In this document: positions 30,702-42,837 of the stretch, one piece after another
How the letters are laid out: each line of letters starts with the position of its first letter
Numbering within the stretch: position 1 is the stretch's first letter
Assembly: GCA_963748815.1 (NCBI GenBank)
Contig: CAVVKJ010000006.1
Span: 91,800-155,799, forward strand
From: an uncultured Gemmatimonadales bacterium
GTDB taxonomy: Bacteria > Gemmatimonadota > Gemmatimonadetes > Gemmatimonadales > GWC2-71-9
Direction of reading: 5' to 3'
DNA length: 64,000 nt
Translations under genes and position numbers: made by a program
The notes under the pieces: model-generated
Database searches by the model: none
Seen by the model: only the letters and a program-made list of their open reading frames with translations
What the model was told of the DNA's origin: nothing

Positions 30702-31975
30702 CCGGCGTCGACCTCCGGCAGCAGGTCCGCACCGCGCTCGAAACCGGTGCCCGGCCGGCCGCGCTCTGGCACGTCCCCGGTCGCGTGGAGTTGCTCGGCA
30801 AGCACACCGACTATGCCGGCGGCCGGAGCCTTCTCTGTGCCATCGATCGCGGGCTCGTCATCGGGATGGTGCCGCGTGACGACGACACGGTCACCTTTCT
30901 CGATTCGTCCAGCGGCGCGCGTGCCGCGTTCCGGCTCGACCCCCACCTGGTGCCGCTCACCGGGCGCTGGGCGGGCTTCCCGATGACGGTGGCCCGCCGG
31001 ATCGCGCGGAACTTCCCCGATGCGCGCCGGGGCGCCGACCTGGCGCTCGCCAGCAACCTCCCGTCGGCGGCCGGGATGAGCAGTTCCAGCGCGCTCATCA
31101 TCGCGACCTTCCTGGCGCTGGCGGAGGTGAACAACCTGCACGCCACCGACACCTGGCGCGCCCACCTCTCCACTCCGGAGGCGCTGGCGGAGTATCTCGG
31201 CTGCATCGAGAACGGCCAGGACTTCGGGCCGCTCACAGGCGACCGCGGCATCGGCACCTTCGGCGGCAGCCAGGACCACACCGCCATCCTGTGCTGCAAG
31301 ACGGGACGGGTCAGCCGCTATTCGTTTGCGCCGGTCACGTTCGAGGGCGAGGTGGCGTGGCCCGAGGCGATGGCGCTGGTCATCGCTGTCAGCGGCGTCC
31401 GGTCTCGGAAGTCAGGCCCGCAGCGCGAGAGCTACAACCGGCTGTCGCTGGCCGTTCGCACGATCCTCGAACGCTGGCGCGAGGCGTCCGGCTCGCCGGC
31501 CGCCACGCTCGCCGCTGCGACCGCGGCACCGGGGGCAATCGCGGCCATCTCCACCATGCTCGATGGCCATGCCGAACCGGGGTATCCGCCTGGATTCCTG
31601 GCCGGGCGGTTCCGGCAGTTTGTCCGGGAGAGCCACGAGATCATCCCGCAGGCCACCGCTGCCCTGGAACGCCACGACTTCCGTGCCCTCGGCCAACTGG
31701 TCGACGACTCGCAGCGCGGCGCCGAAGCGGGGCTGGGCAACCAGGTTCCCGAGACGATCCACCTGGCGCACCATGCGCGGGCACTCGGCGCCCATGCCGC
31801 ATCGGCCTTCGGCGCGGGGTTCGGCGGCAGCGTCTGGGCGATGGTCGACGCCGCCGACAGCGGCCGATTCGCGAGCGACTGGATGAGGGACTACCGCCGC
31901 ACCTACCCCGGAGCGGCGCGACGGGCGGAGTGCATTCAAACCGGGCCGGCGCCAGCCGCCCGGCGCATCGACTGA
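30698..31975 (+). CDS. Galactokinase-family GHMP kinase (start uncertain; CTG overlap assumed)
   Basis: PGRVELLGKHTDY, P.AAGMSSSSA, GAGFGGSV. Confidence 0.85.
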   Translation: MTGVDLRQQVRTALETGARPAALWHVPGRVELLGKHTDYAGGRSLLCAIDRGLVIGMVPRDDDTVTFLDSSSGARAAFRLDPHLVPLTGRWAGFPMTVARRIARNFPDARRGADLALASNLPSAAGMSSSSALIIATFLALAEVNNLHATDTWRAHLSTPEALAEYLGCIENGQDFGPLTGDRGIGTFGGSQDHTAILCCKTGRVSRYSFAPVTFEGEVAWPEAMALVIAVSGVRSRKSGPQRESYNRLSLAVRTILERWREASGSPAATLAAATAAPGAIAAISTMLDGHAEPGYPPGFLAGRFRQFVRESHEIIPQATAALERHDFRALGQLVDDSQRGAEAGLGNQVPETIHLAHHARALGAHAASAFGAGFGGSVWAMVDAADSGRFASDWMRDYRRTYPGAARRAECIQTGPAPAARRID

Positions 31976-31995
31976 CACCAGGAGCGGAGTGAACC

Positions 31996-33351
31996 ATGCA
32001 CGATTCCGACGAGCACCGGCTTTCGCGCCGCGACTTCCTCGGCGCGGGCGTAACCGCCGCCGCGGCGGCCACTCTGCTCCCCGGGGCGGTACGGGCGGAC
32101 GAGGGGGCGCAGGCGGAACGGATGATCGGCGTCCCCTTCGCGCCGCGCGACGTGGTGCGGATCGGACTCATCGGCGTAGGTGGGCGGGGGCGGAGCCTGT
32201 TGCGGGACCTGCTCGCGATCGACGGGGTCCGGATCGCGGCGCTCTGCGACCTGGTCCCGGAGCACGCCGCGCGCGGGGCAACGATGGTCAAGGACGCCGG
32301 GCAGGAGACGGCACCCGCCATCTACGACGGCAATGAGAGCGCCTGGGAACAGCTCGTCGGGCGCGACGACATCGACGTCGTCTACATCGCCACACCCTGG
32401 AACTGGCATGTACCGATGGCGGTCGGGGCAATGCGCCAGGGCATGCATGCCGCGGTCGAAGTTCCCGCCGCCACCACGCTGGACGACTGCTGGACGCTGG
32501 TCAACGTCTCCGAGAAGACCCGCCGACATTGCATCATGCTGGAAAACTGCTGCTATGGATACAACGAGATGCTGGTCCTGAATCTCGTGAAGGCCGGCAG
32601 GCTCGGCCGGCTGACCCACGGGGAGTGCGCCTACATCCACGACCTCCGGGAACTCCTCCTCAGCGACGAGGGCGAGGGGCTCTGGCGCCGGTATCCCCAC
32701 CTGCAGCTGGACGGCAACCTGTATCCGACCCACGGCCTCGGACCGGTGGCCAACTACATGGCCATCAACCGGGGCGACCGATTTGAGTACCTGGTCTCGA
32801 TGAGCAGCCTCGAGGCGGGGCTCACGGAATACCGCGACGAGCACCTGCCCCCGTCCGACCCGAAGCGACAGGAACGGTACCGCACCGGCGACATGAACAC
32901 CTCGCTCATCAAGACCGCGCTCGGGCGCACCGTCATGCTGCAGCACGACGTGGTGAGCCCCCGTCCCTACAGCAGGATCAACCTGATCTCCGGCACCCGC
33001 GGGATCTTCGCCGACTATCCAGCCCGGATCATGATCGAGGGGCAGCCCGAAGGTGATGAGTGGGCCGGGCTGGACGGGTACAAGGCGGAATTCGAGAGCC
33101 CGCTCTGGACCCGGGTCGGCGAGCTCGCGCGGAAACTGGGCGGGCACGGCGGGATGGACTTCATCATGAACTACCGGCTGGTCCAGTGCCTGAGGGAGGG
33201 GCTGGTGCCCGACATGGACGTGTACGACGCCGCCGCCTGGAGCGCGCCGGGGCCGCTCAGCGTCACCTCGATGCAGCGGGGAAGCAGACCGGTGGATGTG
33301 CCCGACTTCACGCGGGACGGCTGGCGCACACCCCGGGCGGTGATGGGCTAG
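31996..33351 (+). CDS. Tat-exported GH109 glycosidase (alpha-N-acetylgalactosaminidase-like)
   Basis: SRRDFL Tat motif; EVP, MLENCCY, YPTHGLGP, GGHGGMD. Confidence 0.9.
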   Translation: MHDSDEHRLSRRDFLGAGVTAAAAATLLPGAVRADEGAQAERMIGVPFAPRDVVRIGLIGVGGRGRSLLRDLLAIDGVRIAALCDLVPEHAARGATMVKDAGQETAPAIYDGNESAWEQLVGRDDIDVVYIATPWNWHVPMAVGAMRQGMHAAVEVPAATTLDDCWTLVNVSEKTRRHCIMLENCCYGYNEMLVLNLVKAGRLGRLTHGECAYIHDLRELLLSDEGEGLWRRYPHLQLDGNLYPTHGLGPVANYMAINRGDRFEYLVSMSSLEAGLTEYRDEHLPPSDPKRQERYRTGDMNTSLIKTALGRTVMLQHDVVSPRPYSRINLISGTRGIFADYPARIMIEGQPEGDEWAGLDGYKAEFESPLWTRVGELARKLGGHGGMDFIMNYRLVQCLREGLVPDMDVYDAAAWSAPGPLSVTSMQRGSRPVDVPDFTRDGWRTPRAVMG

Positions 33352-34013
33352 GCGCCGTTGGCGGCCGCCACCAGCGCGCGCACCGCGGCCGCGTCCTCGG
33401 GCGTGCCGCTGTGAATCTCGGTCACCCCCGTGCCCTCCACCAGCGCGGCGGCGTTGTGGGCGCGGACGGAACCGCCTGCCAGGATCCCGATCCGTCCCGC
33501 CGCCCGGTCGACCAGCGCCCGGATCCTCGGCGTCCCCTTCGTGGCCGTGGCGGCGCCCCCGGATGTCAGCACACGCGTCAACCCGGCCCGGACCAGCTGG
33601 TCCAGCGCGGACAGCTGATCGGCGGCGGCATCGAAGGCGCGGTGGAAGGTGACGGGGAGCGGCCCCGCCGCGGCCACGATGGCTTCGAGTGCCGGCTCAT
33701 CGATCGTGCCCGACGTCGTCAGCGCGCCGGCGACGATGCCGGCCGCGCCCTGATCTGACGCGATCCGAATGTCGAGGAGCAGGCGTTCGAGTTCGGCCGC
33801 CGAGAGGACGAAGGGTCCCGGAACGGGGCGCACGAGAACGAACACCGGAATGGACAGGCGACGGACGCACTCCGCGATGAGCGGGCCGGGAGGGGTGAGG
33901 CCGCCGAGTGCGAGCGACGCACAGAGTTCAACGCGCCCCGCCCCACCTTCCTCGGCCGCGAGGGCGCCGGGCAGGGTCTCGATGCAGGCCTCGAGCAGGA
34001 CACGTGGCATCAT
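33348..34013 (-). CDS. cutC: Copper homeostasis protein CutC
   Basis: RVELC..L..GGLTP, TFHRAFD, RVLTSGG. Confidence 0.93.
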   Translation of the reverse strand: MMPRVLLEACIETLPGALAAEEGGAGRVELCASLALGGLTPPGPLIAECVRRLSIPVFVLVRPVPGPFVLSAAELERLLLDIRIASDQGAAGIVAGALTTSGTIDEPALEAIVAAAGPLPVTFHRAFDAAADQLSALDQLVRAGLTRVLTSGGAATATKGTPRIRALVDRAAGRIGILAGGSVRAHNAAALVEGTGVTEIHSGTPEDAAAVRALVAAANGA

Positions 34014-34141
34014 GACAAGATCGCTCCCGTTCCCCGGGCGCGCGAGGCCCCTCCACCCTTCCCTCCGGGCGTTGCGCGCTGCATCTTCCGGGGGTCGTCG
34101 GCCCGGTCGCCGGCCCCTGATCCACCTACTGGAGGCATCTC

Positions 34142-34702
34142 ATGCTCAGCCTGACCCTGCTGGCCCTGGCCGGCAGCCTCGCCGCCGCACCGGCGGACAC
34201 GACCTACAACAAGGTGACCCTCCCCGGCACAGTCCAGGTCGCGGGCCACAGTCTCGTCCTGAACGGCGTGGCCCTCCGCAAGAAGGCCGTCTTCAAGGTC
34301 TACGTGGCGGGGCTCTACCTCGCGGCCAAGTCGAACAACCCCGACGCGGTGTTGTCCGCCGACTCGCCGAGGCAGCTGGTCATGCAGTTCCTGCGCGACG
34401 TCGGGAAGGACAAGATGTGCGAGGCGTGGGACGAGGCGCTGGCAAACAACACGCCCAACGCCTCGGAGCAGCTCAAGGCGGAGTTCGTGACGCTCTGCGG
34501 CTACATGGAAGACATCAAGAAGGAACAGCAGTTCGTCTTCACCTACGTTCCCGGAACGGGCACCGAGGTGAAGGTGGCCGGCGTGGCGAAGGGCACCATT
34601 CCGGGCAAGGACTTTGCCGACGCGCTCTTCAAGGCATGGATCGGACCGAACCCGGGCCCGGGCACCGGGTTCCGTGACGACTTGATGGGAATCAAGAACT
34701 AG
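34142..34702 (+). CDS. Secreted chalcone-isomerase-like protein
   Basis: Signal peptide; LNG...R....FKVYVAGLY, F..ALF..WIG..P. Confidence 0.88.
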   Translation: MLSLTLLALAGSLAAAPADTTYNKVTLPGTVQVAGHSLVLNGVALRKKAVFKVYVAGLYLAAKSNNPDAVLSADSPRQLVMQFLRDVGKDKMCEAWDEALANNTPNASEQLKAEFVTLCGYMEDIKKEQQFVFTYVPGTGTEVKVAGVAKGTIPGKDFADALFKAWIGPNPGPGTGFRDDLMGIKN

Positions 34703-34720
34703 GCGGGGCAGCGGGGCACG

Positions 34721-34759
34721 AAGGGAGGGGCGCACAGCTGTGCGCCCCTCCCCTTTTTT
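34721..34759 (+). terminator. Intrinsic terminator, probably bidirectional
   Basis: GGGAGGGGCGCACA pairs with TGTGCGCCCCTCCC, then T6. Confidence 0.85.
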
Positions 34760-34762
34760 GAC

Positions 34763-37916
<3,154 letters not shown>

Positions 37917-38050
37917 GCGTTCTCCGGGCAGGGGAATCCCGCTAATTATGGCCCCAAGAGGCCCGACATGGAAGGAACCCAACCGGCTGGCCTCGGTTGG
38001 CTTGCGGAGTTGCCGCCGGGAGCGGATGTTCCGGCCAGAGGAGATTCTGC

Positions 38051-38917
38051 ATGCCCGATTCTGGTTCCCACCCGTTGCGCCCGAAACGACAGGACGTCGA
38101 CATCTTCGGGATGTGCCACCTGGGGCTCGTCCGCAAGGAGAACCAGGATCACTTCCTGGTGGCCAGCCTCCACAAGTCGATGCAGCTGCACCAGACCACC
38201 CTCCCCCACGAGGGGTTGGGCTCCCTGACCAGCGGGGCCCGGGGCTATGTGTTTCTCGTTGCCGACGGCGTGGGCAGCACCCCGTGGGGAGAGCAGGCCA
38301 GCGGGTCCGCGCTCCGGGCCATCGCCGACTACGTCATCCACGGCATGGACGTGGAGGCCGCTCCGGACATCGACCACGACCACCGGGTCGTGGATCGGCT
38401 GCGCCGCTCGGTCGAGCATGGGCACCAGGCCATCAAGGACGCGGGAGAGGCCGAGGGCAAGCGGGGAATGGCCACGACACTCACCATGGTGACCATCCAC
38501 TGGCCCCGTGCCTACGTCGTCCACGTCGGCGACAGCCGGGGGTACCGGCTCCGCCAGGGCGTCCTGACCCAGGTCACCAAGGACCAGACCATGGCGCAGG
38601 CCATGATCGATGCCGGGGCGCTCACCCCTGCCGCCGCCGAGCAGAGCAGGTTGAAGCACATCCTCTGGAGCGCGCTCGGGGGCAAGGAGGCGACGCCCGA
38701 AGTGTCGACCCTCGACTGCGAGTGGGAGGATGTCATGCTGCTCTGCAGCGACGGACTCACCAAGCACGTTTCCGACGAGGAGATCCGGCAGGAGCTCCTG
38801 CAATCGACTTCGGCGGAGCAAAGCTGCCATGCGCTGATCGATCTCGCATTGTCGCGGGGTGGCAGCGACAACGTGACCGTCGTGATCGGTCGGCTGCGGG
38901 GGCCGCGCCCCGCTTGA
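38051..38917 (+). CDS. PP2C-family Ser/Thr protein phosphatase
   Basis: R.ENQD, VADGVG, HVGDSR, CSDGL, GG.DNVT. Confidence 0.93.
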   Translation: MPDSGSHPLRPKRQDVDIFGMCHLGLVRKENQDHFLVASLHKSMQLHQTTLPHEGLGSLTSGARGYVFLVADGVGSTPWGEQASGSALRAIADYVIHGMDVEAAPDIDHDHRVVDRLRRSVEHGHQAIKDAGEAEGKRGMATTLTMVTIHWPRAYVVHVGDSRGYRLRQGVLTQVTKDQTMAQAMIDAGALTPAAAEQSRLKHILWSALGGKEATPEVSTLDCEWEDVMLLCSDGLTKHVSDEEIRQELLQSTSAEQSCHALIDLALSRGGSDNVTVVIGRLRGPRPA

Positions 38918-38989
38918 CCACGCCGGTTGGGCACCTGATGTTCCTTCGTCCGGCGTCATCCTGCTGAAAGTTCTTTCCCTGAGGCGCAC

Positions 38990-39439
38990 ATGTACCCGCG
39001 ATCACTCGCCCTCGCGCTGCTTACCCTCACCACCGCCCCGCTCGCGGCCCAGGAATCGGCACCGGCGTCAGTGCCCGCGCCGATGACCGGGTCGGACTCC
39101 GCCGCCACCATAGCCACCGGCCGAAAGTACACCGAGTGGTTCTACACCGATCTGGGCGACAGTCTCGTCGCCCACAGCTCGGCCCAGGTGAAGGAAAAAG
39201 TGACCGCCGCACAGCTCTCCGACATCATGGGGCAGGTCGTTTCGCAGGCGGGGCCGGAAATGTCGGTGGTCTCGGAGTCGGTGGTGCCCCGGGACTCTCT
39301 GTCCGCCTACGTGCGCGAAGCGAAGTTCGAGTTGATGGACGAACCGCTGGTCATCGTCTTCGTGCTCGGCGCGAGTGGCGACATCTACGGCTTTCGCATC
39401 TTCCCGAAGAGCCAGCTGCCGCCCGAGCTCGCCCAGTAG
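38990..39439 (+). CDS. Secreted hypothetical protein
   Basis: Signal peptide ending LAAQ; GAGG RBS; good codon bias. Confidence 0.75.
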   Translation: MYPRSLALALLTLTTAPLAAQESAPASVPAPMTGSDSAATIATGRKYTEWFYTDLGDSLVAHSSAQVKEKVTAAQLSDIMGQVVSQAGPEMSVVSESVVPRDSLSAYVREAKFELMDEPLVIVFVLGASGDIYGFRIFPKSQLPPELAQ

Positions 39440-39453
39440 CCGAGGCAAAAGGC

Positions 39454-39490
39454 CAAAGCGGGGGTGCGCCGGAATCGGCGCACCCCCGCT
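39454..39490 (-). terminator. Terminator hairpin between convergent genes
   Basis: 15-bp stem AGCGGGGGTGCGCCG / CGGCGCACCCCCGCT; T-tail on the minus strand. Confidence 0.75.
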
Positions 39491-39511
39491 CCGCGCATCC
39501 AGGAGGCTCCC

Positions 39512-40510
39512 CTAGGTGCGGGCGCTCGGCGGTGCCGGGGCCGGGACGGCGGGCGCAACCGTCGCGGGAGCAGCTGGGCCGCTCGGCGGCGCCGGCTTCA
39601 CGTGCACCCGCGGCATCGAGCCCGGCGCCACCGGCGCGGGCCCGGCGCCCTGCCGGTTCATCCGGCTGCGAAGCCGAATGTTCGATGCCGCCGGAACCGT
39701 CCAGGAGACGGTCGCCTTCTTCTTCATCCGCATGATCTCGAACTTCGCCACGTCACCGCTGTCATAGCTCCCCAGGATGCGCCGGGCCTGGCCGACATCG
39801 GCCGGCGCGCGACCGTCGATCGCGAGGATCACGTCACCCGCCTTGAGCGGCACCGTGGAGTCGGCAGGGTTCTCGAGGATCAGGATCCCCTTGGACGTCC
39901 CGAAGTACTCCCCCAGCCCGGCGTTCATCTCGGCCATGTCGAGGCCGAAGGCGCCCCCGCTGAAGCGGACGTTGAAGTTGCGGCCCATCTCGCCAAGCGA
40001 ACGGTTCATGTCCACGATGGCGAGCTCCCGGTCCGCCATTGCCCGAGCCTGGTCCCGCATCAGGGGCGCCATTTCAACGGCGTAGCCGTTGCCCGGCCCC
40101 CCCGACCGCCACGCAAACGCCGACCCGCCGAGATCCGCGGCCACGATCGATGCGGTCTTGCTGGTGGTGCCCCGCCGGTATTCCACCTTGACCGTGTCGC
40201 CGGGTGAGAGCGCCTGGGCGAGCTCGACGAGCTTCTGGCCGGGGTTCTCTCCCCCGAGCGACGTGCCACCGAACTTGGTGATGATGTCGCCGGCCTCGAG
40301 ACCGGCCTTGGCCGCCGGCCCCTCGGCGGTCACGGACTTGATGGTGGCCCCGAGTTTGTTGTTGGCATCGCTGGCGTTGACGTCCACCATGACACCGATC
40401 CTCGGGCGGCCGGCGCTGGTAAACACCATCACGTTGTCTTCCTGGGCGATGGCGGCACTGGGGGACACCAGCAACACGCCAAGGGCCAGGGGGATCCACG
40501 AACGCATCAT
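39512..40510 (-). CDS. Secreted tandem-PDZ domain protein without protease domain
   Basis: Signal peptide; GPAAKAGLEAGDII and LKAGDVILAIDG. Confidence 0.85.
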   Translation of the reverse strand: MMRSWIPLALGVLLVSPSAAIAQEDNVMVFTSAGRPRIGVMVDVNASDANNKLGATIKSVTAEGPAAKAGLEAGDIITKFGGTSLGGENPGQKLVELAQALSPGDTVKVEYRRGTTSKTASIVAADLGGSAFAWRSGGPGNGYAVEMAPLMRDQARAMADRELAIVDMNRSLGEMGRNFNVRFSGGAFGLDMAEMNAGLGEYFGTSKGILILENPADSTVPLKAGDVILAIDGRAPADVGQARRILGSYDSGDVAKFEIMRMKKKATVSWTVPAASNIRLRSRMNRQGAGPAPVAPGSMPRVHVKPAPPSGPAAPATVAPAVPAPAPPSART

Positions 40511-40572
40511 GTGCCTCTCCATCGGAAGTTGTGGGTTACGGGGAGGTAGATGCGACAGGGGGACGGAAGGTC

Positions 40573-40634
40573 GCGGGGAAGCGGGGAAGCGGGGAAGCGG
40601 GGAAGCGGGGAAGCGGGGAAGCGGGGAAGCGGGG
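40573..40634 (+). repeat. Tandem octamer (GCGGGGAA) x7.75
   Basis: Perfect repeat, counted directly. Confidence 0.95.
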
Positions 40635-40651
40635 CATGATGCCAGTTCTGG

Positions 40652-40700
40652 CAATTGACGTCAATTGTCTGATATTGTACGTTTTGTACATAACGTACGC
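40652..40700 (+). promoter_or_regulatory. Sigma70 promoter and probable operator of the antitoxin gene
   Basis: TTGACG-17-TACGTT; 16-bp palindrome CAATTGACGTCAATTG; three GTAC cores including TGTACA. Confidence 0.7.
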
Positions 40701-40729
40701 AATCCTAATTCAGACCAGACGGAGGACCA

Positions 40730-40921
40730 ATGGATCGGACGACACTGCCGGTCTCCATGGCCCGGAGCAATTTCTCGGATCTCTTAAATGAGGTCTTGGT
40801 ATACGGGGAGCGTGTGGTGCTGGAGCGGCACGGGAAGGCGGTGGCGGCCCTGGTCTCGGTAGCGGACCTCGATCGACTCGAGGCCCTCGACGCGGCAGAG
40901 GGGGAAGCGATGAGAGGGTAA
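40730..40921 (+). CDS. Phd/YefM family antitoxin-like protein with no adjacent toxin
   Basis: S.AR.NFSDLLNEV...GERVVL.RHGKAVAALVS; GGAGG RBS. Confidence 0.88.
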   Translation: MDRTTLPVSMARSNFSDLLNEVLVYGERVVLERHGKAVAALVSVADLDRLEALDAAEGEAMRG

Positions 40922-40963
40922 GCACGGCCGCCCTGCCCCGCTGCCCCCCCTGCCCAGCCCAAG

Positions 40964-40991
40964 AAAAAGCCCAGGGCTGTTAACCCTGGGC
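40964..40991 (-). terminator. tRNA operon terminator
   Basis: GCCCAGGG / CCCTGGGC then TTTTT on the minus strand. Confidence 0.85.
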
Positions 40992-40992
40992 A

Positions 40993-41065
40993 TTGCCCCG
41001 CTTGGGATCGAACCAAGACTCTCCTCATCCAGAGTGAGGCGTGTTGCCAGTTACACCACGGGGCA
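40993..41065 (-). tRNA. tRNA-Gln (CTG)
   Basis: Cloverleaf TGCCCCG...CCTCA CTCTGGA TGAGG...GGTTCGATCC...CGGGGCAA; CCA not encoded. Confidence 0.95.
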
Positions 41066-41102
41066 GTGATGTCCTGCGGGCGAACCTGCGATTCACCCAA
41101 TA

Positions 41103-41175
41103 TGGAGCTGAGGGGGATCGAACCCCTGACCTCTGCAGTGCGATTGCAGCGCTCTCCCAGCTGAGCTACAGCCCC
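41103..41175 (-). tRNA. tRNA-Ala (CGC)
   Basis: GGGGCTGTAGCTCAGCTGGGAGAGCG, anticodon arm CTGCA ATCGCAC TGCAG, G3:U70 pair. Confidence 0.95.
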
Positions 41176-41189
41176 CAGCGAGCCGGGGT

Positions 41190-41218
41190 AAAGTAGCGGA
41201 CCGGGGGGAGGAGGTCAA
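41190..41218 (-). promoter_or_regulatory. Sigma70 promoter of the tRNA pair
   Basis: TTGACC-17-TACTTT. Confidence 0.8.
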
Positions 41219-41227
41219 CGTAACAGG

Positions 41228-41329
41228 GCGGGAACGCGGGGATGCGGGGACGCCGTCGGCGGGGTAGAATCCATCGTCAGCCAGCGGCCGTCCCCGCTGA
41301 CCCGCTTCCCCGCTTCCCCGCTTCCCCGC
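41228..41329. repeat. Degenerate direct and inverted copies of the GCGGGGAA octamer
   Basis: GCGGGAAC GCGGGGAT GCGGGGAC at 41228-41251; (TTCCCCGC)x3 near 41306-41329. Confidence 0.85.
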
Positions 41330-41334
41330 CAATC

Positions 41335-42837
41335 ATGCCCGACTTCTCCGCCGACCTCGCCGCCGCCCTCGCCCCGGACTACAGTCTCGATCGGGAGCTG
41401 GGTCGCGGCGGCATGGGCGCCGTCTTCCTGGCGCACGACACCAAGCTCGACCGGCAGGTCGCGATCAAGGCGCTGCCTCCCGAACTTGCGGTGCGGCCGG
41501 AACTCCGCGAGCGCTTCCTCCGCGAGACCCGCACCGCGGCATCCTTCTCCCACCCGAACATCGTCCCGGTGCACGGCGTCGAGGACCGCAACCAGATCCT
41601 CTGCTTCGTAATGGGCTACGTCGACGGGGAGACCCTGACCCAGCGGGTCCGGCGGGCCGGCCCCCTCTCGGCCTCCGAAGCCGCACGAATGATCCAGGAA
41701 GTCGCGTGGGCGCTCTCCTACGCCCACGGGCGCGGCATCATCCACCGCGACGTGAAGCCCGACAACATCATGCTCGAGCGCGCCACCGGACGCGCGGTCG
41801 TCACCGACTTCGGCATCGCCCGCTCCGAAGCCACCAGCGGACTGACCGCGGTCGGCGAGGTGATCGGGACCCCGCACTTCATGAGCCCGGAGCAGGCCGC
41901 CGGTGAGACCCTCGACGGCCGGAGCGACCTCTACTCCCTCGGCTGCGTCGCCTTCTTCGCCGTGACCGGCCACCCTCCCTTCGATGCCCCGAACACCACC
42001 GGGCTCCTTGCCCTGCACCTCACGCAGCGCCCGCCGCCCGTGCTCTCCCGGCGCCCCGACCTGCCGGCGCCGCTCGCCCGGGTGATCGACCAGCTCCTGC
42101 AAAAAGAACCGGCGGACCGCTTCGGGTCCGGCGAGGAGCTCGTGACCGCCCTCGAGGCGCTCCGCGCCGCCAAGCCGGAAATTGCCCCGGCGCTCCGGCT
42201 CTTTCACCAGCGGAGCGCCATGACCCTGCGCGGCTTCCTGATCTTCGCGGCGTTTTCGCCTGCCGTCCTCTCCCGTGTACGGATGAGCGGTGAGGGCCTC
42301 ATCATTCCGGCCGCGTTGCTGACGGCCATCGGCATGATGATCATGACGGTCGTCGAGAACATCCAGCGACTGGTCCGCCAGGGATTCAGCTACGCCGATG
42401 TCGCCGCGAGCGCCCTCGCCCTCGGCGCGGAACAACAGGAGGCCGCCCTCCTCCTCCGGGAGTCGGCCGACTTCGCCGGGCGGGCCCGCCGCCGGACCAT
42501 GCGCGCCGTCGTCATGCTCTCGCTCGGCGCGGCCCTCTTTCTTGTCGCGAATTATTTCCTGCGCACCCCGGTCGGGAACGTCTACCGGCTGACCGCGATC
42601 GGCATCCTGACCATCGCCGTCGCCGTGGGCCTCTTCGTGGCGGGAGTGGTCACCATCGGCACCGACGAGCGGCGGCAACTCAGCTTCGAACGCCGGCTGG
42701 AACGGCTCTGGACCGGGAGATTCGGTGGGGCGTTCTTCCGCCTGGCAGCGCGAGGGGTGGAGCGGGAGCGGGACCGAATGGCAAAGCGGAAGGCGAAGCT
42801 CGAGAAGGAATTGCGCGCGCTCGACGGGAGCCCCTAG
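41335..42837 (+). CDS. Hanks-type Ser/Thr kinase with C-terminal TM helices
   Basis: GRGGMG, AIK, HRDVKPDN, DFG, SPE. Confidence 0.93.
   Translation: MPDFSADLAAALAPDYSLDRELGRGGMGAVFLAHDTKLDRQVAIKALPPELAVRPELRERFLRETRTAASFSHPNIVPVHGVEDRNQILCFVMGYVDGETLTQRVRRAGPLSASEAARMIQEVAWALSYAHGRGIIHRDVKPDNIMLERATGRAVVTDFGIARSEATSGLTAVGEVIGTPHFMSPEQAAGETLDGRSDLYSLGCVAFFAVTGHPPFDAPNTTGLLALHLTQRPPPVLSRRPDLPAPLARVIDQLLQKEPADRFGSGEELVTALEALRAAKPEIAPALRLFHQRSAMTLRGFLIFAAFSPAVLSRVRMSGEGLIIPAALLTAIGMMIMTVVENIQRLVRQGFSYADVAASALALGAEQQEAALLLRESADFAGRARRRTMRAVVMLSLGAALFLVANYFLRTPVGNVYRLTAIGILTIAVAVGLFVAGVVTIGTDERRQLSFERRLERLWTGRFGGAFFRLAARGVERERDRMAKRKAKLEKELRALDGSP

Noticed and set aside
27465..31975. Sugar-nucleotide genes as a new EF-P Asn glycosylation system
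   Set aside because: A terminator separates efp from the operon and no glycosyltransferase is present
40573..40634. Octamer array as a CRISPR array or coding repeat
   Set aside because: No spacers and no cas genes; the GSGEAGKR and PASPLPRF peptides are just translations of an intergenic repeat
40620..40646. Sigma54 promoter for the PDZ gene (CTGGCATCATGCCCCGC)
   Set aside because: GG-to-GC spacing is 11 rather than the required 10
40627..41002. att-site duplication of the tRNA-Gln 3' end (AAGCGGGGCA at 40627; TGCCCCGCT at 40934)
   Set aside because: Only 9-10 bp, one copy is inverted, both are explained by the GC-rich repeats, and there is no integrase
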